64,000 nt of DNA from Trichodelitschia bisporula (lineage: Eukaryota): positions 245,923 to 309,922 of the forward strand of contig ML996698.1 in assembly GCA_010356995.1 (NCBI GenBank). The letters run 5' to 3'. Every line of letters starts with the position of its first letter. The stretch's first letter is position 1. A model generated the notes under the pieces. The model had not been told where the DNA came from, ran no database searches, and was given only the letters and a program-made list of their open reading frames with translations. Below, one piece after another: positions 25,384-38,017 of this stretch. Made by a program: the position numbers and the translations under genes.

Positions 25384-27832
25384 CTACTGCCTCGCCCATC
25401 TTGCACTAGTAACCCGATAAAGCTCATCAACCCATATCCCCTCCTCGCCCTCCTCCGCCCCCGCCTCCGTCCTAAGCCCAAGCCTCCCCTCCGCCTCATC
25501 AACCGGCCTGCTCTCAACCGTCGTATCAGAGCNNNNNNNNNNNNNNNNNNNNNNNNNNNNNNNNNNNNNNNNNNNNNNNNNNNNNNNNNNNNNNNNNNNN
25601 NNNNNNNNNNNNNNNNNNNNNNNNNNNNNNNNNNNNNNNNNNNNNNNNNNNNNNNNNNNNNNNNNNNNNNNNNNNNNNNNNNNNNNNNNNNNNNNNNAAC
25701 CCCCCCAAACTCGCGATGTATCCTGCGGGCCAGGACATCATGTCCCCCCGCGCCCCGTCCCACGCGCTGAAACGCCATAAATATCCCAAGCGGCTTATAC
25801 ACCAACTCTGCCCTGTGCACCCCCGCCCCATGCACATCCGGAATAACACAAAACGCATAAACATCCCTCGTGCCCCCCCACACATCCCTCACCCTAACCG
25901 GCCTCCCGCAAAACACCGCGTTGGAAAACCAGCTCTCCCCCACCATCTCCCGCATCCCCCTCACCGCGCCCAGTATCTCAGTCCGAAACCCGTCGGCCGC
26001 GGGGCTGCTCCCCCGCCCTCCCAGCGCGGCTTCAAGAGCTATGAGACTCATCCCGTCCAGCCGCGCCATCTCCCGCTCTTGCCACTGCGCCAGCGGGCCG
26101 CCCCTGAGCTGCACGCTGGGTAATTCGGCTGGGCGTTCTGCCCGCACGAGCACGTCCCACCCCTCCTTTCCCCGTACTGGTCTCAGCGCCGCGCGCAGCA
26201 CAAACGCCGCGATCAGCGTGGGCGCGGGCGCAGGCGCCGCAGGCGGCGTGGCGTACGTCGCGCAGTAGCCCCGGAGACTCGCCAGCGTCGCGGCCATAGT
26301 CGGCGCGGGCACACGCGTCGCACGCGCAATAATATCGCAAACCTGCGCCGGCGTCGCGAAGCGGTACCCCGCGGACTGGAGCTTCGACGCTTCGGCGCGG
26401 GAGCAGGGGCGGGTGAGGAAGAGCAGCTGCCCGCGGCCCATGAAGGGGGTTGGGTCAGTGTCGGGGGTGGAAGGGGGGTCGTGGGCGGTGCCTTGCGGGC
26501 AGGATTCGAGATCGGAAGAGGAGGGGGAAGAGGGCCGGGTGCCCTTTGGGGGTTTGGGGGGCGGTGGGGGGGTGGTGCGCCCGGTGGTTAGGACGTCGTT
26601 GTAGAGGACGCCGAGGGAGGGGAGGGGGAGTTGGAGCTGTTGTGCTAGTGCGGATGCGGCGACGCAGAAGTGCGCGCGGAAGACGAGGCTGTAGCTTTCG
26701 CCCCGTCCACCCTTCGCGCGGTCCTCGTCCGGACTCGTAGGGCGCGCGGCGCGGCGCAGATGTGCGGCCATGGAGGGGAGCAGGTCGGCGACGCCCGCCC
26801 AATTGAAGCTCACGCGAAAAAGCCAGTGAAACACCGGATGTGCGGGGTTAAACTCGTCCGCAAAGCTGCGGGTGTTGAAGTGATCCGTGACCTTCTGTGC
26901 CGGCAGCAAGCCCTCATGCGTAACCAGCAACCGCCCATCCGGATCGAAAGTCGCAACCGCGAGGACGACGTGTTGCGCGCGGTCGGCGAGGAGGCGTTTG
27001 CGCCGCTGGGTGAGGAGAACGAAGGAGAGGCAGACGGCGCAGGAGAGGAGGGAGATGACGATGGCGACGATGAGGGTGGAGTTGCGCGCTGCTTCGGAGT
27101 GCGTGTGTTGCGCGGTTACGAGCCTGTATTTTGTGCCGACGCTTGCGACCCAGTGCATGCCGCTTACGGCGCCGGCGAGCAGGCAAGCGCAGACTACGCG
27201 GCGGGGGAGGGAGTTGATCCATTTCTCCTTGAAGTAGAAGAAGAGCATGAGGGCGGTGACGGAGGCGCAGATCGCGATCGCGGCGGCCCCAACCACGTAG
27301 CCGACTGGGTTGTAGAGCTTGTAATTCGTGATGCCGAAGTTGCCGACGTAGTGCATGCCCGTGATGGCGAGGCCGGCGATGACGCCCGCGAAGACCAACG
27401 AGGGAAGGAAGAGCGCGCGGCCGGGCTGCCGCAGCTCCACGGTGGTGAAGCCGACGAAGAGGAAGATTACAGGGAGGAAGACGGAGAGCACGGTGTAGCC
27501 TGGGTTGTAGTAGAGTTGGAGACCGTGAGACCCGTCGCCGAGGACGATGGCGCGGTTGCCGACGAAGTGCATGCACCAGATGGCGACGAGGCCGAAGGAG
27601 ACGGAGATGGCGAATTGCTGTAGGCTATGCGCGTATCCGGGTTAGCAAGGCTTCAAGTGGAGTGGTCGCAGCCGACTTACACGTTCACCCATCGCTTGCC
27701 CTCTCGTCTTCGGTGGAGGAGTTCGATGGTTGTGACAGCGCCGACGAGGCTGACGAAGTAGGAGGCGACTATAATCCCAGAGTTGAAGTGGAAAGGCACC
27801 TCGTCGCCCGGCTGGTATTCGTGTTGCGCCAT
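25384..27832 (-). CDS. Fungal MHYT-domain membrane sensor protein (one intron at about 27620-27680; interrupted by an assembly gap)
   Basis: ASYFVSLVGAVTTIELL, AIWCMHFVGNRAI, GMHYVGNFGI, SGMHWVA, LADRAQHVVLA, FNPAHPVFHWLFRVS. After the gap the coding-like frame reads ...GIWVDELYRVTSARWARQ* with the stop at 25384-25386. Confidence 0.85.
25533..25697. other. Assembly gap (165 N)
   Basis: Run of n. Confidence 1.
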
Positions 27833-30092
27833 GGTTGGCGATAGCGATGGTAATGTTGCGGTTTGCGCAGTACAGCCTTGCCGGAGAAATCGAAGCTGTG
27901 GTTTGCTGTCGAACACTCCTTCAGCCCTGTGGAGGAAGATCCACGAAGCAAACAACGGCTAAACACTCATCCTCCACGCCAGCCGTGATTAACAAAAAAA
28001 TATGCTCCGATCCCGTGTCGATAGTGATCGTCTCGCAGGCGCACCACCGCTTAATAGAACAAGCTTTCCCGATCCGATGCCAGGCTCGCAGGGAAATATG
28101 TAGACGCCGGAGCACCCAACAAAGCAAGCTTGCGCCCACAACCGTCCGCAGCCTTAAAACTCTCAAGCAAGAAACGAAAGCAACTCTAGGATCGCAGAAG
28201 AAGCGAAAAATGGCGTTGAAACAAACACCACCACTCGATCCCACAGCCAGTTAAAGAATCCCCCGCCGCCAACGGCCACCTCGTCACCACCACCAAACAC
28301 TCCGGCACTTCTTCTGCAAGTTATCAACGCGCAGTCCGTAACCAGCGCGCCATTCGTTCAAAAACGCCACCCCGGCAGTGGTCTGCGCCGGGAACCAACA
28401 CCGCAATCGCTCGTATCGTCTTTCGCCCTGGCAAAGTCCGCAGATTGGAGACCCGGCGTCGTTTCCGGCGGCTGGCGTGTCGGTTGGCTTGAAGGCGGCT
28501 GGCTGGCTTGCGCAGTATGTTGTCGATCAACGATACACCGCGCACAACCCGCCATCGCCGGCCGCGCTCTCTGCCCTTCAAGTATCACGCACAACTCCCC
28601 TCCCTCCCCGCAAGCATCTCACCCAACGCCCAGGCCGTAGGCGGGGGTCGCACAGCTTACCTCGCGGAAGAAAAGAGCAGGCAGGTTTGGGCGTGAAATT
28701 TCCGCGATCGGGGGTGTGTGGCACGCGCCCTTCGCACTGATTGGATCCATAGCTGCTCACAGTTGGTAGAAGCAGCGGGGTGGGGTCACGGAGTCCGGGA
28801 AACCCCAGGCGCTGTGTAAATGGCGAATACAACGCATTCACTGAATGCAACAATGCCCCCCCCTTCCCTGATCCCGCCCCCTCGGCCTGGCTTGGATCGG
28901 TGTTGAAGGTGCAGAACAAGGTGTCCGCATCTGCGGCTTCGCTTTTGGGCGAATCACCGCCCGGATCAGTAAGCATCCGCGCGATCGAATGCGGCAATGA
29001 TGTGCGCCAGCATACGTAGCCGGCAGGTTGGGGGACCGCCGCATTCCTTCCCGCCCATCAGGAACGCCCGCAAAGCGGAGGAACTATTTGGAGCGCTGGA
29101 TGCAGACATCTTACTGTATGCCGAACCTTGGCCATCTGTCGAGTCCAGCACCACCACCGCACCCGCACACTGCTATCCGGTTCGTGCAAGTGGCGTGCAA
29201 CCTGCTTTCCCATTACGCCTGCGATCTGATGAAATGCCCCCCCACAAGCGAGGACGTGAAGTCGCGCGCTAGGTCTAGCCGATCGATCGCGGCGCAGGGT
29301 TCGCAGCCTTATCTCGCTCCGATCGGGGCTTGCGAGCGCCACAGCCCCCATCGCGGACGGACGGCCCGATAAGCAAAACAACCGCGACGTCAACGCACAC
29401 TTCAGCTTGACACACGAAGGAGTGAAGTCCGCAAAGAAAGTACCAGTAGTGCTGGATCGCCTGGATCAGAATCCTACCGGTCGCACGGGGCCCAATCCAT
29501 CCCGGCCGCTTCTTCAGAAGCCCGTTCTTGTCCCACCGAGCCGGCGCCGGTACCCATCCAGTCTAGGAAGACCCAATCGATGACGCGCTGTCGTGCGTGG
29601 AGCGGTGCACATGTCTAATCTCCGCTGCGGGCGTACGCTGGGAGCGTGGGGTGGTGGGTTTACGCTGATCGATTCACTCCCTCAACGACGACCACCAGGG
29701 AAGTGGTATACTCCTATCCGGGTCCCATTTCGAGGCCTCAGCACTTAGGACACAGCAAGCGTCAACGTGACCACCGGCTCAAGAGCAAGAAGCAAGGCTG
29801 AAGCGCTTGATACGGCCCTAGCACAAGCCGCGGGAGCGATACTCAAGGCAGTAGGTATCCCGAGCGCGGGTGGTCGGACTCGACGATAGCGCCTGAATAT
29901 GTGTTGCACCCGTCCACCTGTTCGCTGTTAGGACACGGCATAACGAGTCCACCTGCTGTATGCGGCATGTGATATCCGAGCCCGTGGCTGTGCTCGACGA
30001 GGAGAAAGTGCGCCGTGCGCTGTGGTCAATATACCCAATCTCCATTATATGCATGATCGACACCTCGATGTTTTGGCTCAAGGCCAGCTTTC

Positions 30093-31530
30093 TCAGCAGG
30101 TACCATCTTGCCTTGATTGCAGCTCGTAATCGTCAAAGTACATTTCGTCGTCATCGAAGCCGTGGTCCCAGTCACTCGTGAGCTTGTTTTCCCCGTTGGT
30201 GTAGTTTTGCTCCTCTGCGAATAGATCGCTCTCCGTTTTGAGTTCGTCTTCTTTGCACTGATCCCCGTCATCCATGAAAAGATCCTGACTCTCTTTGAAC
30301 AAATCATAGATGCCATATCCATCCACTTGTGCTGCAAAGTCGTCGTCCCATATGGCAGCCTCGTCGTCCAAGTCAAATAAGAGCTCATCCTCATCTCCCA
30401 TAAACATGTCGTCCTCCGCCTCGTTGTCGTCTTGCAGATCCAGTCCCAACCGAAACAGCCCATCTTCATCCTCACCCTCATCCCTGATCTGGTCTGCATC
30501 CCTCTTCTTTCCGTCACTACTAAGTGGTGCCAGCCTGCGCGCCGCCCCGGGATCCAGCAGCCCTTTCTGCGCGACGCGCCACACAGCCCTCTCCGCAATG
30601 GCAAATCTCTTGCTCGCATCTTGCAGACCACCGTCTGTACCCAGTAACTGGTCTAATTTCACCTTCAGGCTCGTCGACTTCACTCGGGTGGGCAAGCGAT
30701 GAACCAACGCTTGAGCAATGGTTGGCACGAACGGAGAGCGCGTCGCTACTGCCTGCAGAATAGTCAGCGTACGACTCTGATAAGCACATCTGAAACACGA
30801 ACATGCAGGTACCCGGGGCACAGCAGCGCGGGCACGATGCTCGCTAGGCGGTACCCTGGCTCAGGCGGCTTTGTTTTGAGGCTCGGGGCCAGATTGCGGG
30901 GTTTCGCGTGGATCGTCAGACGGATGGCGGCGTCAAGGAGGGATGTGAGAATAGGAATTTTGACAGGGAAGGTCTCGCCTTTGTCTTGCAGGCTTCTGGA
31001 GCGCTGAGGGATTGGCAATGCGGATTCGTGGAACGGTCTCGTGGCTGCGCTTAGCCGAGCGTCATTGTTCCATGGGGCTCGGTATGTGGCATCGGGCAAG
31101 TCTGGTAGCATTCGTTCGTTGCTGATCCACTCGTTTCGAACCTCGCTTTCTGGCGACAGTTCGCCACATTCCGTGCTTTGGGAACTCAGCAGTACCCCAT
31201 CGCTCATTGTCTGCGAATCAAACAGATTCTCGTCTGAGTCCAAGTCATCAAAGTCCCTGTTCTCGAGCGGAACCTCGTACATCTGCCACATATCCTCATC
31301 CCCGCTGTCGGGCTTTTCTTTCAGCCGCTTGGGTGCGTACACGTAGGCGTGATCCTCGATTTGATGGTCGTCTTTCTTTCTCCTTTTCCCCAAACTGCGG
31401 CCAATCGCCTTCATCCTTTCAATGGAGATCTTCATCTTTACACACCTGACGTCCACGACCTGGATCGTCTCCGGCGGCATGACATCTGCGGCGGATGCTC
31501 CCAAGGGCAGTCGATGTCGCCGTTTATGCA
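30093..31530 (-). CDS. Hypothetical protein with a very acidic C-terminus; intron at about 30755-30805; 5' exons uncertain and may extend to about 32025
   Basis: ORFs 30764-31567 and 30093-30821 can be joined through an intron (ALLCPGYL|..AVATRSPFVPTIAQAL); upstream GTAAGC donor near 31703. Confidence 0.5.
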
Positions 31531-32314
31531 TAGCCAGCGAGTCCGGGATGTGGTTAATCCCAAGCAAGATATGATTCTCAGCGGCCGCTACGGAGGTATC
31601 CGTCTGTGCTTGCGGCGTAACTCGAAGGCAGAGCTGCTTCCATAGCTAAACTGACGCTTAACTTTGGGGCTCTTATGTGCCGGACTGCGCACTCAATGCT
31701 TACCTCCGCGTTGCAGACGACATCGCCAAGACCTGACCTCACATGCTCGGATAGTGGAGTGCCGTCCACGCTGATCTCGATATCCAAACACAAGCCGGGT
31801 CCGCGGCGGAGCCAATGTTGCTCTAGGGAAGATGGATCTGAAGGGGCAGAGCCATCTGGGCACGAGATGACGATACTGGTGCTGGAAGAGAGTCGAAGAG
31901 CACTGTGTGTGCTGATTATACGGAGAGTCCCGAGGGCCAGTTCGGTGTGCGGAGACATGTAGAGAAGCGATGACAAAATTCATCGTAGTCCAATGAGCAG
32001 AGTGGCTCAGGAGGTAAAAGACCATTGGTACGACAGTGGTTGTATTGCAGGTGAGTCCACAGCTCCAAGCCAGCAATGTCAAAGGGAGGGTTGAGGTGCT
32101 GAGGATGCCGACGTGTGGGATATGGTGGGTCGGTCCTTCCCAATGTCAGAGTGGGCTGTTCTACCCGCAACGGGAGGTGGAGGAATCAATGCACGCCGCT
32201 GAAGAAGTCCAATTCGTATTTTCATACGTTTAAGTGCCGTGAGATGACGGCCGACTCTTTCCAAATGTGCATAGTCCAAGTACCCGCTTCAAAACAGCGT
32301 TTCGTGGATGGCAA

Positions 32315-33430
32315 TCACCATAACACCTTCGAGGCAACGCTCATCAACCATGCGGCGTCATTCCAGCCACCCTCATCGTCCGCAGGTCGCGGAGCTTGCT
32401 GGTTCTCCAGGTGAACAGCAGCATTGCGCGACGCTTGCTCCAGAGCTTCCTTCCGCTGTTTGGCCCTCTCGTCTCGCCGCTTGGCCACCTCGGCATCCGT
32501 CTCTTCATCAGCTTCGTCGTCCGTCGTGTCTTCCCTCTCCTCAAGGTCGAACAGCGACCATCCGACGAGCCGATCCACAAGCCCGCCTAGCCCAAACCCC
32601 GTTTGCCGCGTCAACTGTGCAACCTCGTCTTCACCCGCGCTGCTCTCCTCTTCCTCCTTATCCACAAAGTCCGGCTCCACTACCTCATCAAAGTAGCTCT
32701 CCTCTGAGAAAGCAAGCAGATCCGCCCTGGATCCCACTCTGCTGCCCCGCCTGCTTGTCCGTGCGCTAACTACTCGGCTCCCGCCCCGACTCAGATTGCG
32801 GTCAAGCCGCGGAGTAGTTAGTCCGTCATCATCCACCGCAGACAGCGGCTCAACAGGCATGCCAAGAGCCCGCTTCTTCTGCTGCGCATAAGGGTCCACA
32901 AAGCCCGGTTCCGTCTCGTCAGCCAGCGAGGTCGAGCTGTTCCGCGTCACGAGCCAGCTCTGACCCTTCGACGAGCGCGTCTCGTAGGCAATGACCAGGC
33001 CCGCGCGATGGATCCAGTCGTCATCCTTGCGGGCAGCAGAAGAAGAAGCGTGCTTCGTGTGCGAAGGCGATTCTGGGAACGATATGTGCTGGCGCGGCCG
33101 CGGTGCAAGCAGTGCGCTCGTTGACTTGGCCTTTGTGATGGGTAGGTCGACCGGGGCACCGGCGGGAGGGAAGTAGGAGTCGAGGGCGTAGGCTATGTGC
33201 TTCTTGTGTCTGCGGCGCCGCGTCGGGCTGCGGCTCAGGATACTGGGTGTGGCGGGTGCGGATTTGCCCTGAATGTAGGTCGAAGGGATGGCGGGTTGGG
33301 GGTCAGGCTCGTAGCCCTCGTCATCGATGGGGAAGCGCGAGGACAGAGGGGCGAGGGAAAGGTGGGTCAAGTTGGGGAAAGAGCGGCGAGAGGATGAGAC
33401 GCGCTCAAAGGGCCGCGGAGCGACCTCCAT
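32315..33430 (-). CDS. DUF3984-like conserved fungal protein
   Basis: RRSFPNLTHLSLAPL, YIQGKSAPATPSILSRS, DWIHRAG...SSKGQSWLVTRNSSTSL, VDRLVGWSLF, GGWNDAAWLMSVASKVL. Confidence 0.75.
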   Translation of the reverse strand: MEVAPRPFERVSSSRRSFPNLTHLSLAPLSSRFPIDDEGYEPDPQPAIPSTYIQGKSAPATPSILSRSPTRRRRHKKHIAYALDSYFPPAGAPVDLPITKAKSTSALLAPRPRQHISFPESPSHTKHASSSAARKDDDWIHRAGLVIAYETRSSKGQSWLVTRNSSTSLADETEPGFVDPYAQQKKRALGMPVEPLSAVDDDGLTTPRLDRNLSRGGSRVVSARTSRRGSRVGSRADLLAFSEESYFDEVVEPDFVDKEEEESSAGEDEVAQLTRQTGFGLGGLVDRLVGWSLFDLEEREDTTDDEADEETDAEVAKRRDERAKQRKEALEQASRNAAVHLENQQAPRPADDEGGWNDAAWLMSVASKVLW

Positions 33431-35419
33431 TGGTGGTGTATTAAGATACTGAGACGAATTGATTGATCGTGTATGATTTGTTCCGATGCTACACAGCACA
33501 CGTTGCAGTGAGGAAAGATGAGGCGTTGAATAGCAGTCGTTGTGGCGGAGGTGGAGTTGAGTGGTGGGATCACGTTGGCCATCGGCCCACGGTCGGCTAT
33601 CCTAGGAAAGGGCGAGCTTGGCCCTCCTCAGGCCGGGGAACGGAGTCCTACGAGTGATAGATGCACGACAGCATAGAGTACGTACTCTAAACTCCCATGT
33701 CAATTGGGCAGATCCCTACTGATGCAGTAGATAATTTGACTTTATTCGCTGAGCCGCCGTGCAGGTGGGGTACAGGCGAGGCGCAGGAACGTGCATACAT
33801 GCCATGACGACCCTCCTTGTCAAGAGATGGACGGTTGGCTACGGAGAGGGGAGTCGGTGAGGGCGACAAAGAGGTCTGGATTTGCAGCTTGCAGCCGACG
33901 TCCGACATGTCTTGTCTTGTGGAGTACCATTGATGCAGCTTGAGCCTTGACTGCAGGATAGGACTGCTGCGAAGCGAGGGGCGCTACAGTAGATTCATGT
34001 GCTGCTGTGCGTGGTGTGGGTTCACGTTGCTCGGAGTGTTCGGATTAAGGGTAAACTCGGCTGTGTGTGGTGGTAAGAGTTCGGATAGACAGCTTGGGTG
34101 AGGCTTCTGTAGGTTGTCTTTGAAGCTTATGGCTCCTCGATCAGAGGTTACGGTACGTATACGAAGTAGGAGACGTGCAAGGACAAATTTAGTAGAGGGG
34201 CAGAACCTGGTAAAAAGTCACACGGTGTTAACGTCACCGCCAAGCAGCTACGGGATCCATGAGCTGCAGTGACTGACGCTGAGTACGGTGGTTTTTGATT
34301 TGCCGTAGAGAGGAGGCAAACGGCGAGAGTGAGTGAATGGGATCATGATTGCGATAATGAGCATACTGCTGTAAGGAGGTATGCACCATGCATGTTTTTT
34401 CCACTGCTTCTTCTACCGGTACAGCATCACTACTTTCTGCTGCTACATCAGCCATACATGACGGCATTTCGCGAGTTGAAGCACACGAAGACTGCACAAG
34501 CTTCACCGAATATATAGTACCAAGGAGGGGACAAGCGTGGCCTCCCCCACGCTTCGCTCTCTGTTCTTCCGGCTTGACGGTGATGGGCGCGCGGGTTGTT
34601 GAGTGGGAGAGGTGGAGGGCCAGGTCATATTACTAGTTCTAAATACCTCCTACTGGGACTTCTTTGCCTCAAGGAGTGGGCTACTAAGGAACAGTCACGA
34701 CGGTGTCCAAAAAGCCGGCTCACGTGACTTTTATGGAACGGCCCTTTGACCTTTCGCTTGGGCTTGCTTTTCAACACCTTCAACCTCCTCTTCCCCCCAT
34801 CCCCCTCACCTCGCCTCTACCGTCTCCCTCCTCAATCTGCCACGCTTTGCTCTACATTCGTCTTCGATCCCTCTTGGGGCCGTTGCCCTTAGCCTCTCCC
34901 TCTACGTCGCAGCTCCTTCCCGACCCGTTGCAGCACGCGTTCCGCAGGACCCGGCCGTCTCCAAGAGCCAGTAGGTCGCAAAATCGGACTTTCTCTCGTA
35001 CCGTCGAGCCTCCAACCGGATTGCGTGGTCTTTTCACTTCCCCTCAACATCTCTTATCCCCGTCCCGGAACATGCACCTGGCACAGTTCCCTCCCAAACG
35101 CCAGAAATGTGCTCGTTAAATTTTCGGTGACGACAAGGTGAGAACGCCCACCAGGACTCTTGGGTCCTTGGTTGCTGTTCAGCCTGTTGACAACTTCAGT
35201 CACCGCTTCCGGGCAACCTCCGCTCTCTTGCGGATCTCGTATTGCCAACAACATACTCGACTACCTCTTACCCTCTTCCCGCCAACATCACCACCCCGGG
35301 TGCCCTGTCACAGTACCAACTCACTCCCACATACCGCGCTCCAGTCACTGAATTCTCTTTTACTCGGCTGCGCAACCCTCCTGGCACACACCTTCAAACA
35401 CTCAAGTGCAGCATCGGAG

Positions 35420-36307
35420 ATGCCTGGAGCAATAACAAAGAGCCTAAACGTGGCAATGTCCTTCATTGTTTCACATCACAAGGGCGAGGCCCACCATGAG
35501 GATGAGGACCTGCTGCAGGCGGCAGCAAAGGGCGGGGGTAATGCCCCCGTGCATTGAGCGCTCACAAGAGCAACATTAATTCTTGATTAGTGGACATCAC
35601 CACCAAGAAGAGCGCAGGGAAGGCCGACAAAGGCAACCTGCCGGTCAAGCGGGTGCCACAGGCGCCGGATCGCCTCACTCCCCATATCCCTCCGGAGAAC
35701 TTTGGGGCGGTCATTCCGGGGGCGGTCTACCGCAGCAGTTTCCCCACCAAAGACAACTTCAGTTTTCTGAAGTCTCTTAAGCTCAAGACGATACTGTGAG
35801 TTTGCTCATCGCGTAAACGATTTTTCTCCTAATGACCCAGGACTCTCGTGCCCGAGCCGTACCCTGATGAGTATGTTGAGTTCTTGAACAAGGCCGGGAT
35901 TGTGCAGATCATTGTGCCCGTCCCCGCCAACAAGGAGACGGTGCAGATGGATGATGCTACCATCATCAAGGCTCTGGGGGTCGTCATGGACAAGACGAAA
36001 CACCCCCTGCTCATCCATTGCAACAAGGGGAAGGTAATTTTCCCGCTTAAGTGTGCGTGCCCAGCTGACATGTCAGCACCGTACGGGGTGTGTGGTTGGC
36101 TGCCTGCGCAAGTTCCAAGGTGACTCGATGGAGAATATCATCTCCGAGTACCACACATATGCGGATCCGAAAGCGCGGCTTCTCGACGAACACTTCATGC
36201 ACAAGTTCAACGAGCGCCCGCTCCTCTGGCTTGCTCGAGAGGGGGGTCGCATCAGCCCTGAGGGCTTTCTGACACCCATGAGGGGTCAATCTCGCACAAA
36301 GGCGTAA
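35420..36307 (+). CDS. SIW14: Siw14/Oca-family dual-specificity (inositol pyrophosphate) phosphatase, 3 introns
   Basis: PPENFGAV, VYRSSFP, FLKSLKLKTIL, and catalytic loop HPLLIHCNKGK|HRTGCVVGCLRK. Confidence 0.8.
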
Positions 36308-36618
36308 AGGTGTTCTAGATTAAAGCGGTTGCGGCGTCGATTATCCGGGTCTTTAGAATGAGCGGGCGTTCGGGATTATCGGCAGGGCATTGGGCGGCAG
36401 CACATCACTTTCGTCATCATAGAGCATATTTAATCGTTCCTTGCGCGGTGGACCAAAAGTACCTCGCTGCCACGGTCCGGCAGCAAACTTCATTCGGATA
36501 TATAGAAGGGGCCGCAAACTCGCGTGCCTAGACTAGAAAATAGAACACCATGCTGAGCCGCCGCGTAGCATCAAGCGCCATGCGGCTCGCCAGCGGAACG
36601 GCTCGAAGCCAGCTCCAC

Positions 36619-38017
36619 TCACTCCAAAATGACCTCTCCGGCCTCATTAACCAAGTGCTCAGAAACACTAATCGGCCCCTCGCCCACCCCTGTCAAAATT
36701 ACCCGCTGAATGCCCCCGGCCAACGTCTCCGCCGCACCCTCGTCATACGCCACCACGCGCGCTACATCCGCTGCCTGCACCACAGCCCCGCGTGCAGTCT
36801 CCCACCCTTCCACGGACCCAAGCAGCGCCTTAAACGCCCCGGCCACGCGCGCCTCGTCCTCGGCTAGGTAATACACCACCGCATTCGGGCCCGCATCGAA
36901 GGTATATGCCGCCACGGGGCGCGTGATCCCGTCTGCCGCGGCTGCGGCATTGATCCCTTCGACCACGCGCACGGCGGCACGCGACACGTCGCTCATGTAG
37001 AATATGGGCGGCGTGGTGTCCAGGCAGACGGCGTGGAACGAGTTGCTGTCCTTCATGGTCAGATCTGCGAAGGCTGCGAAATCGCGCCCCGCGATGGCGG
37101 CGCGCATCGCGGCCATCCGTGCCGGGACGACGGTTTCGGCGCGGTGGGGAAAGAGGCTGCTCGTTTTGACGGTCGCTTGCATGCCGGCCGTGCTGCTCAC
37201 GGCTTTTTTCTTGGCGCTGGCGACGAGGATGGCGGCGCGCATGTCCGGCCAGTGCGCCGCCTCGGCCACGAGTTCGGCGCTGCTGTCGCTCCCATCGGTC
37301 GCAGTGCCGGCGTTCCAGGCTACATACCCGCCGAAGAGGGAGCGGCACGCGGAGCCCGAGCCCTGGCGCGCGATGAGGCTGAGTTCGGTGGGGGAGGACG
37401 GGAGCTCGTACAGGTCGGCGATGGCGCGGACGAGGGCTGCGAAGCCCGCGGCGGAGGAGGCGAGGCCTGCTGCAGTGGGGAAGTTGTTACGGGAGGCGAG
37501 GCGGAGGGGGAGGGTGGAGAGGGGTGGGAGGGAGGGGTTGGAGGCTTCGTGGGCGGCGCGGAGGGAGCGGAGGGCGCGGAGGCAGGCTTGGAGGCGGGCG
37601 CCGGTTATGTCTTGGGGGGCGGAGTTGAGGTGCAGGGTGTCGGAGGTGAAGGTCGAGGAGCAGGAGGCGGTTGTGTGCGTGCGCAGGTCGGATTGGGAGA
37701 GGGTTACGCTGAGGGAGGAGTTGGTGGGGAGGTTGAGGGTTACGTCGCGCTTGCCCCAGTATCTGGTTGGGGGTTAGTGGGGGGTTTGGTGGTGGGGGTG
37801 AGAGGAAGATGGGGGTTAGGGTGTAAACTGATGCTGGCTAGAGCTCGAATATATGATATAGAGCATAGGAGACCACATATAGCCCGTGGAGAGTGGTTAC
37901 ACAACGTGCAAAGCCTCATCATAGAGAAGCAGCAAGAAAAGGGGTAACCACATACTTGATAACGGCAATATTAACCGGCGCCGTGGTACTGGCCCGGTAG
38001 ATTTTGGTATCAGCCAT
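36619..38017 (-). CDS. MVD1: Diphosphomevalonate decarboxylase (one 193-nt intron, 37763-37955)
   Basis: ASTTAPVNIAVIK|YWGKRD..LNLPTNSSLSVTL, NNFPTAAGLASSAAG-type motif, ARQGSGSACRSLFGGY, DSNSFHAVCLDT, AYTFDAGPNAV. Confidence 0.97.
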
